Shown piece by piece: positions 54,011 to 64,000 of a stretch of 64,000 nucleotides of DNA. The position numbers were made by a program, and so were the translations under genes. The stretch is from Octopus vulgaris. Taxonomy: Eukaryota. Location: contig OX597831.1 in assembly GCA_951406725.2 (NCBI GenBank), positions 16,430,001-16,494,000 of the forward strand, in the 5' to 3' direction. A model generated the notes under the pieces. It did no database searches, was not told the DNA's origin, and saw nothing but the letters and a program-made list of their open reading frames with translations. Every line of letters begins with the position of its first letter. Position 1 is the first letter of the stretch.

Positions 54011-55322
54011 ACATACGCTCACTTGGTTACGCCAGTTTGATCCTGACTGAATAAACTACGTATTGGAAGGGCTTATGTTAAACCCTTCCCGAACCTTCAG
54101 CACCTGTTCCCATCATCATACCAGCACTCCGCCTCGATTACCATTGTATCTACTGCATCTACCTTCAAGGATTTTACTGGAGGTTTCAATGATCTTAAAT
54201 GGCATTTTTATTAATAGAAGAATGTTTGAATGTCGTACGATGCATTATCTATGAATAAGATGAAACAAAATATGATTAAAGGTTTAGGGAATTATAAAAA
54301 AATACGAATATGGTAATAGAATGACTTGATATAGTCTGATACATTATCTGTTACCGATGTAAATCTTTTTTAATGTTACCCAGATTAGGGAATAGGCTAA
54401 ATACACGAGCGAATGGTATTAAGACACTGACATAAATGGTATAAATTTATAAATAGAAAAATCACTGAATATTGTCTAATATGCTATCTGTTACGGAATT
54501 GGACGAAAATATATCAAAACCAGTTAGTTCATTATTCAGTTGCTTTGATCTACTTAATAAAGTGTCTTATTGTAAATATAATGATCAAGTATATTTTCAA
54601 TTCGAATAAACATAGAGTAACATTAGAATATAGGAATGCATCCTGTTTAAGAAGTTGGCAGCATGCAAGCGATTCATGAGACTGATTAATAATATTCGAA
54701 TTCTTATTATTAATATGGAACACCATACAAATAGGGAACCAAAGCCAACTCCCGCATCTCCCATCATATAGCAGCGCATAACTTATAATAAACAACACAA
54801 TTTTAAATTCAATACAATTTTTCGGTGAGTGAAAATAAAAGTTTAGCGAGAACGCTATAATTATTGGAATGAGGTGCGTTGATAGGTCGATGGTTTGTAG
54901 TATAGATAGCGCAATGCGTTTACTTAGAACTTAGAAAACTAAATGAACCAGTATTAGATGCATCATACGTTGCTGGAGTATACTAATGTGTATGTCCGTG
55001 CGTGTTTATATAGGCAGACTTGTTCAGACTACCTCATGATGTTTAGAGGCGTTAAAATGTTGCAAGTACTTAATTCTTTTTCACAACGTGGCACTCATTT
55101 GATGGATTTACTGGGCCACGTTTCGCCGGAACGCTAATTTATGCGGACATAAAACAAGCTAAGCTCTTCAAGCGGCTGCGGATGATAAACATAGGAACAG
55201 ATTCTTCCATACTATCGTGCGCACACACACATTTACACACATATCCATACATAATTAAACATATAGATATGTATATATATATATATACCTATAAAAAAAT
55301 ATATATATCCATATATGATACG

Positions 55323-55370
<48 letters not shown>

Positions 55371-56173
55371 CGTACATATACATAATTGATGTATTAATAC
55401 ACACTTACATGTACATATGTAAATATATTTCAATAAATGTTTGTGTGAGCGTGTTTGTATGAGGACAATGTTGGAAAGGATACAGAGAAGAGGAAAAAAG
55501 TGAAACGATGTTAGATGTTTGATTTCTTGTGCAAGACATTGTAATTCATATTCTTACCACAAATGAGAAACGCCAGGAAGATGTAGATTTTCATCGTCGT
55601 TATTCTATTAGTCTTAGGCTTTTGAACGCACTTGGACACGTAAACTCCTATATAAATGAAAAACGAAGGTAACACATGTTTTGTTCATAACTGGAATAAT
55701 TCATATTTGATATGTCACTTGATTTAGTTTCCCATGACGTTGAAGGTTAATGATTTACATTCCCTATTAATATGTCAATTTCTTTGCACGTCTTAGTGGG
55801 GGGATCCACTTCAATTGTAAGTTATATACGGCTAAAGATAATGTATGTGGGTTTCCTGATGTTTTCTGTTGTTCCAAGTTGAATCACAGAATTGTTCTTA
55901 TAAACATTACAATCGAATCTGGGTTCATTAAAATTTAGGTAGAAAACGCATAAACGTCGATTCCCCAAAATAATCGCATGCAATTAACTTGTTGACCTTT
56001 ACTTTGAGGAAATGTATCATAGAATTACTTCGAAATTAATTCTATTAGATTATAACGGCAAATTTACTTTGGAATATCAGAAATTTAAAAATCATTTCAA
56101 TAATGGACTTATTAATTATAATTGCTTTTCAAAGAATATAACAGTCATTCTGTTTAGTATATTTGATAGATAT

Positions 56174-57910
56174 ACAGTGTGCGAGGGGTAATTTAAAGAG
56201 GGATATTTCGTTTTTAGTCGATTACACCTTTAAATTATATGATGTATTAATTTTTCAGGTAACCATTTCAAGATATCATACTAACCCAAGAAATGAAAAG
56301 ACATGCTGTCATTGTAGGTATAGATGCAAACCACAGTGATTTAGATATTAGGAACTGTCTAAATATGGGATTCAAGTATGAATATGGGATTCAAATATGG
56401 GATTCAAGTATGAATATGGGATTCAAATATGGGATTCAAGCCTCTTCTCCTTATCTCCTCAAAGACATACAGCATCTCGAAAGAGTCCAGAGGCTGGCTA
56501 CCCGCCTGGTTCATGGTCTCAAAAATTTGTCCTACGAAGAAAGGCTGAGGAAGCTCGACCTTTATTCTCTTGAAAAACGCCGCCGCCGTGGTGATCTCAT
56601 TCTCGCCCACAACATCATAAGCGGGAAGTGTAACCTCTCGAAAGAGCTGTTCTTCACTCCTGCTCCGGAGCGTCGGCTGCGGGGTCATTCCGAAAAGCTC
56701 TACCTGCGACGATTTCATCTCAATCGAAGGAGAGGAGCTTTCTCCGTCCGGGTTGCGGATCCGTGGAACAAGCTGCCAGATGAGATGGTGAAGATGCCGA
56801 CGACCGCTTTGTTCAAAGCCTCCCTGGACCTCAAGTGGCCTGAACTCTTTATATGAACACCACCCTGTACTTAACTCCATGTCCCCTTACATGGCCTTGC
56901 TATTTGCTTTTGAGCCAAATTAACTAACTAACTAACTAACTAACTAACTGAATGTTGCAAAATCACTAGAAAGTAAGTTCGATTGGAATTGGAGACATTT
57001 AATATTATTGTTTTACCTGTCTGAAAGTGCAAATAATATTCACAACGCTCAGACATTAAAAGGAATTTATAAATCGTTTTGAAAACATTATCAATGAAAA
57101 CACCTGAAGAACAATGAGGTCAATTGGTAAAGAACTTCAGATGTCAGAATGGACTATCACAAATGTGGTACATCGTGAGTAATGAGGAAAAGCTAATTCT
57201 TGTCTGCAAAAACAAAGAAAACCATCTCATCCGTTTCTTAACAAAGTGAAAAGTCCCGATATACAAAGCATGCTTTTGTTTGCTCTCACGAAAAACACTT
57301 TGAGCAGGGTCGAAATTCTAGCGGAAGGTTATGAGCAGAGGTTATGAGCAGATCCTTCTGAAGTGCCCAGAGTGATTTACACGAAATCATCAGCAAATGT
57401 GACGGCTTTAGGAGTGGTGAGTAACGAAGGTCATGTGATGCCTCTCCACTATTTTCCACAGAACCTTAGAATTACCGCTACTGGCTAAATTAATGTACTA
57501 GAAACTGGTATCAAGACCTGGATTAATGAAGTATGGAATGCAAGGCAATGCGTGATTCAGGAAGACCCAGCACCTCCTCATGAAACCCTAGTCACCCAAG
57601 AATGGTTTTCAGCCAATCTTTAAGATTATGTAACACACAGTATGTTGTATGCAGTGCTCAGCCGATTTAAATCCATGGAGTACTACATGTGGAGCGCCTT
57701 TGAAAAGGGAGACAAATCACCATCCTCATAAAACTATAGCTTTGCTGATTGCTAGCTTTGTCCATTTGATGTCCGAAATGAATAAAGATCATATAGTGTC
57801 AGCATGACAATGGTTTCGGTCCCGCATTTAATCACTCATCGAAGCCGAAAAGGATTTCGTAGAATAATTTGGTTTTAAAGAATCATTACGTAGACTATTT
57901 GCAGGAATAA
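56174..57910 (+). mobile_element. Tc1/mariner (maT-like) DNA transposon, decayed, interrupted by a CR1 LINE
   Basis: MKRHAVIV.. start, LGVVSNEGHVMPPLLF, QEDPAPPH, DLNP/MEYYMWS, FRSRI..IEAEKDFVE*. Confidence 0.8.
56362..56949 (+). mobile_element. Young 5'-truncated CR1-type LINE with (TAAC)n tail
   Basis: Uninterrupted LERVQRLATR..SYEERL..LYSLEKRR.RGDL..RGH..F..RV...WNKLP C-terminal domain, then 3' UTR and taac repeats. Confidence 0.92.
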
Positions 57911-58355
57911 ACGTTTTACACTTTCAGAAATATACGGAGGTCAGTAGATTTGGAGCCTCAACCACCCGACGAAACATGGTCCGCAATGCCGTTATGTCTA
58001 ATTATTTGCTATAACAATACACGCTTATCTATAAAATAGTTAAATTGTTACAGCTGCAATAGAAATAGCGTCGCAGAAGAGTACCACACATCTCTTTCAC
58101 TTGCAGTAATTATTATATTACGCAACTATTATTCTCATAAAAGTAAAACCATTATTTTCTTCAAAAGTAATAGTATATAATACAATACATGTGATACTTC
58201 CATGATATTTGCCCAGTATTTAATGTAAAGCTATTTACATTGCAATACCATATTTGCATTTATTTTATATACTATGAATAATATATCACTTGCACAATAG
58301 TAGTACAGTTCTATTATTATAATAGTAAATAATAAGGCGAGCTGGCAGAATTGTT
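57911..58355 (+). repeat. Duplicate of 42825-43655 lacking the Helitron (empty site)
   Basis: tatacta|tgaataatatatcac is contiguous here. Confidence 0.9.
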
Positions 58356-58865
58356 ACTCGTTATTACGATGATCCGATAGTGTTGTAGTTAAATGGTTAA
58401 TGTTTTTCATTTCCAAATTTTGTTCCTGTCGAATCTTATCCGTTATTGTTATGGTTCTCTAATGTGCTGAATTTTCACTCTAAGTGTGGATTCCTTATGT
58501 CTATAAATATACACTATCGTATACTTAATATAGAGTATTCTTGACTAATATTTTGCACGTTAGACCACTGGAAATGTAAATTTTGATTGAAATTTTTAAA
58601 TTTAATTTAATTCAATTTCCCTTTTGATATGATTAAACGATCAATTCTAGAAAAGTCACATTATGACGAAAACGGGTATGAATTAATATATATTTATATA
58701 TCTTAGGAATTTTTCAAAAACTTTTTCCATACAACCATTTACATTAAAAATTTATTTCAATTTAGCATTCTGCATTTTTACAATTTTTCCTTGCTTATCC
58801 TTTCTCAACGTGCGGTCAACACAACCATACCATTTATTGATCTATATATATATACATATATATAC

Positions 58866-58934
<69 letters not shown>

Positions 58935-59369
58935 AATGTATGTATGTATTTATATCTATCTTTCTGAGTAACGCACATCTTGTTGTCCCGACTGAAGAGG
59001 TGAATACCGAATCGGCGTGTATTTTGGACTGCCATTAAGGCTTAGTGAGTGAACATAGTAGATGGGTCTGTTTGCTCAGAGTTAACATTCTGACCTGACA
59101 TTGTTTATTTGTTCTTCGAATGAACATATTCATCATATCATAGGCTGATATATCTAACATCGCCTTTATATTTTAGGTAGTTACGTCTTCTGGCACAACA
59201 GTTTAGTTATGTTTTAATCTAAGTAACTAATTTACTCCTTTATTTATTTATATATTTATCTGTGTAAGAGGGAAACTTTTGACTTGATCCCACACTCTTG
59301 GATAATGGAATGCTTGAGTTTACTCCGTATAGTAGACGACATAAGAAAATAAATTAGCTGCAGGATGAA

Positions 59370-59922
59370 TAAATGAAAGCTTATCTCTACTCAGGTGACA
59401 TACTCTTAGGGAAAGTTGATAAGAAAATACTGTTTTCCGGGGCCTCTTTACCTCTTAAATATCTCTCTTGTGCTTGATCCCCTCAATTTAGTATTATGGC
59501 AGGATATCATTTGAGGAATAGTAATGTAAAATTCAACGATTTGGTCTACATGGATGATATGAACCATTTTAGATTCAATGGAAAACAGATCGATTCCTTA
59601 ATGCAGACTGAAATATGCTTCAGCAAAAATATAGGTATCGAATTTGGCATAGAGAATTGGGCAATATTAGTCATGAGAAGGGGCAGGTATTAATTGCGAA
59701 GGCATTCATTTACCAGATTAACAGAGATTGCAATAATTGAAAGAATTAAAGAGTTGTACGCATCTAGGAGTATTATAATCTGACTGATTACTATAGGATA
59801 TTTAGGAGGGTTTTTCCTGTCTAAGTTTACAAGTTGTATTCCGAAGTTATGAGGTTTTCTGTTCTAACAGACTAATCTGTCTAGTGTATATTAAAATGAT
59901 AATAATAGTAATAATTATAATA

Positions 59923-59958
<36 letters not shown>

Positions 59959-59966
59959 TTAATAAT

Positions 59967-60029
<63 letters not shown>

Positions 60030-60030
60030 T
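59370..60030 (+). mobile_element. R4/Dong-like RT fragment with (TAA)n
   Basis: NDLVYMDDM...FSKNIGIEFGIENWAIL. Confidence 0.75.
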
Positions 60031-60299
60031 ATAAAAAAAAATGTTTTAATACTAATGATGCTAAGATTCTCTCTGTTGAAACACAACTTCTCTTTTCACA
60101 AACTATACAGAACAGCCCTACCTTAATTTTTCTTAAGGATAGTAGTTGTAAACATTCTGACTATTTTTGACCGATAGGACACCACCTAAAGAAAAATATC
60201 ACTGATGGTGATGGTGATGATGGTGATGATGATAATAATGATAGTAATAGTGCTGTTAATCTATCTGTTTATCTACACACACACACACACACTCACAGA

Positions 60300-63200
60300 G
60301 TTCAGCCAACACAAACCTCACCTCGGCTCTTTAGAAGTTAACCAAATATGAAAGTATTATTTGACATGCAAGAACTCTGGCGTTGAAGACAGTCAGCCAG
60401 CAAACGAGACAGACAGACACTACTGTGATGGTGATAAAATAATAAAAAACAAAAATAACAATAATAAAATACTGCTGTGACTACACATAAAACAATATCA
60501 TTGATGATGATGGTGGTGATGGTGATGATGATAATGATGATGGTAATGTTGGTGATAATGATGATAGTGATAATAATGATGAAAATAACAATAATAATCC
60601 GACTACGGCTGCTATAATGGTACGATTATAATTGTAACTGCAATGATGGCCGTCTCCCCATCTGACCAAAGTACGCAAAGGCCTTAAGATACAATAAATT
60701 CTATTGTACCTGTTAAAGTTAGCCAGGAAAATGATAAAACAACAGTAACTGAAGATCTCGCTTTTGCTGAAGAACACAGAGAGTCTATGGCAGAAATGAG
60801 GCAGCAAAACCTGAATACGCTTGAAGTTGTAAGACATACAAGTATGAATGATAGAGAACAACTTCATAAACTCTCAAATACAAACCAAAATAAAAAACAA
60901 ATCCAAATTGGCAACTATGTAACAAATGAAATAATACAATAATTAGAACTTGATTTTACTGAGTTAAAATAAATAATTTACGCTTTTGCAAGGGCAATTG
61001 AAACCAGCTGTATGCCCCCGAAAAAACAAAGGAAACCAAACCTGGGAAGAATTCAAACCTGGAGAAGTAAAATTGAAAAAGCGATTGTATTTATAACGGG
61101 GGAAATATCAATATTAAATGAACTAATATGTGGAAATGATGTAAGATCCAGAACAGGAAGAAAGATGAAGAGAAAATTTGGATCCTCACCAAGAGAAGAA
61201 CTGATATCAATAAAAGAAAAGCTGAAACAAAAAGCCCAAGCAAAAGCCCAAAGAATACGAAGATTTTAGAAGAGAAACAAGTTTTACAAGCAAAATAAGC
61301 TGTTCACATCCGATGCCAAAAAATTCTACAGAGAAATAGGGAAGGAGAAAGTAACCGTTAAAGACCCCCCTCCAAATAAAGAAGTTCAAAACCTTTGGAA
61401 AAGGATTGGGAGTGACAAGAAGACGTTCAACATAAATGCAGACTGAATTATACAAACTGAAGGAATTTAACTTAAAAAAAAAAAATGGACGGGTTATTGA
61501 GTTTAGTTTAATAGCCTACCAAAGTATACTATTAGTTTATTTGCCCTATGAGTCGGGAAGACACTCGACATGAAATGGAAGCAAATTTGAAAGAAGAAAA
61601 AAAAAAAATAATAATAATAAGAGAATAGTGAACAGAAAGGATGTAAACGTGGATCCTATGTTTGTAAAGATCAGCTACTCATCAATAAGATGATCTTGGA
61701 AGATTGTCACAAACGACACAAAATCTTATCAATAGCATGGATAGACTAAAAAAGGCTTTTAATAGCTTGCCACATAACTGAATAAAGAAATGCCTGGAAA
61801 CGTATAAAATAGCACCTACTCTGCGAAAAATTTTGTTTGTAAGGTGTGAGATCTTGGAGAACCACACTATGTTTGAACAGTGACGATGAATCTCTAAATG
61901 CTGGTGATGAATAAATTTCATTTGGCATTTTTCAGGTGACTCACTATCACAACACCTTTTTGTTTAGCCTTAATACTTCTTTCAAAATTGCTCAATGACG
62001 CACAGTACGGATATAAAATGTTGGATGAAAATGAATATCATCTCATCTACATGGATGATTTGAAGCTCTTTGCAAAAAATGACCAACATCTCAAGGGCTT
62101 ACTAATGTTTGTTAAACAATTCAGCGATGACATCAGAATAAAATTTCGCCTCGAAAAATGTGCATTTATCAAAGGGAAAATGACAGAATCATCTAACGTA
62201 TAACTTGACCAGTAGAATGTCATAAAAGAACTAGACCCAGCGGAGAGCTACAAGTACATTGGGGTAATTGAAGGGATGGAATAAGGCATTCAATGATGAA
62301 GGAAAGGATCAGGAGAGAATGTTATCGCAGAGTAAGAGCAATATTCAAGACAGAGCTGAATGCGAGAAACAGGATCGAAGCGATCAATGCTTTAGCCATA
62401 CCAGTCGTGACTTACAGTTTCAATATCGTTAACTTGGCAATTACTGTAATATGTAATCTTCGCAGAAAAATACGAAAACTGTTGACAATGCATAGAATGC
62501 ACCACCCTAAGGCAGATACAGAACGAATTTATATGCCAAGAAAAGAGGGAGGCCGTGGTCTTATACAAATGGCAATAACAATGAAGATTGCTACAATTGG
62601 CTTAGACACCTACCGGAACAACTCTGAGGACTGGATGTTAAAACTTGTCTCAAAACATGAAAACAAGGAAGCATCGTACTTAGTAACAATACAGCAAAGG
62701 AATATGTAACTGAAATCCGAATACAACAAATTTCGGAATTAGACATACAAGAAACAAGCACAGAAAAAACTAAGTTCAATAAAACCGGTGCTAAAACTGC
62801 TGCCTTAGATATTCTGAATGACAAATGGCAAGAAAAACCTCTCAATGGCAAATGCCCAAAGAGAGCGAATAATGCCGATGTTGACAAAGACCCGACCCAA
62901 AAATGTCTAATGGCCTCTGGCTTATAATCTGAAAAAGAAGGGTTTATCATAGCAGCTCAACATCAATGCCTACCTACAAGAAACTACCAGGCCAAAATAT
63001 TAAAGAACTGGAGTAGACCAACATGTTCTGTACGTCAACATCAAAATGAAACCATTGATCATGTTGTCTCCATGAGCAGTCTTCTTTTGCCTACAGAGTA
63101 TCTCAACAGGCATGATAGAGCTGCACAATATATTCACTGGATAATTTGCAAAATCCTGGACTTGCCCCATGATAAAAACTGGTGGGAACACAAACCATCT

Positions 63201-63780
63201 CCAGTGATTGAAAATGTCCACATCTCACTCCTCTGAAACTTCACCATTCAAACTGATAGAAAGATCTACGCGAATGGGTCAGACAACATAGTAAAAGACT
63301 TTAGATATAAAACATTTCTCCTCATTGATATGACTGTCCGAATCGATATAAACGTATCTGTCAAGACCTACCAGAAACTGAGCAAATATAATGATCTGGA
63401 AATAGAAATCATCAAAATGTGGAACCTGAAGCCTTAAACAATACCTGTGGCATAGCTACCCTGGGAATGACAGCAAAAGAGGCTGATTGCCACCTAACTC
63501 ATATACCAGGAATCCCCAAAATGGCAGAAATTCAAAAGATAGTGCGCATGGGAACTGCTCATACCCTACGCAAAATACTTTCTATGAAATCTCAAGTTTT
63601 AAAACAAACACACTTTTCGTATGGATTTTTAGGCATTCACTGGAACTACACTAAGTACAAAACCAAATATATGGCACCAACAAGAACTTCCAAATTGTAG
63701 TCTCTTGAAGTCTCTGGGTGAGACTTGGAGCCAGCTTGTGCAAGTGTAAAGCAAAAGTCAAACATAGAATAATAATATTA
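60300..63780 (+). mobile_element. Long decayed R4/Dong-clade non-LTR retrotransposon (RT + CCHC + RLE) ending in (TAA)n
   Basis: [65 protein letters not shown]. Many stops. Confidence 0.9.
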
Positions 63781-64000
63781 ATGATAATAATTTTAATAAT
63801 GATAATAATAATAATAATAATAGTAATAATAATAATAATGAGAAGTAGAAGAGGGGAAGAAGGAGAAGAAAAAGAAGAATAAGAAGAAGAAGGAGAAGGA
63901 GAAGAAGAAGGAGAGTAAAAGAAGAAGAAGAAGAAGAAAAATAAAAAGAAGAAGAAGAAGACGAAGAAGAAGAAGAGGATGAAAAAGAAGAATAAGAAGA
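63768..64000. repeat. (TAA)n then (GAA)n microsatellite
   Basis: Seen directly. Confidence 0.95.

Noticed and set aside
56362-56438. Short repeats with spacers (CRISPR-like look)
   Set aside because: Spacers are identical or absent, the context is eukaryotic, and a LINE junction explains it.

Overview
AT-rich, microsatellite-dense eukaryotic DNA. The SINE families and (TA)n/(TG)n load point to a cephalopod, probably Octopus (inference). Almost all ORFs in the track are microsatellite artefacts or transposon remnants. Three layers are supported. (1) Decayed transposons: CR1-, L1/Tx1-, R4/Dong-, RTE- and Penelope-like retroelements, mariner/maT DNA transposons, Helitrons and many tRNA-type SINEs. 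(2) About 8 distinct sequence families of type I hammerhead-ribozyme-like motifs (about 18 copies, CTGAnGA...GAAA...nTH) inside Penelope-type terminal repeats. These mostly occur as fold-back/inverted pairs next to (TA)n, including a nested quasi-palindrome of about 3.4 kb. (3) Invisible to the ORF track, three tandem + strand paralogues of a small-exon gene. They share a phase-matched C-x7-C-x11/12-C exon and a hydrophobic, GPI-signal-like terminal exon, and are at least partly pseudogenised. All alignments and folds were done by eye.
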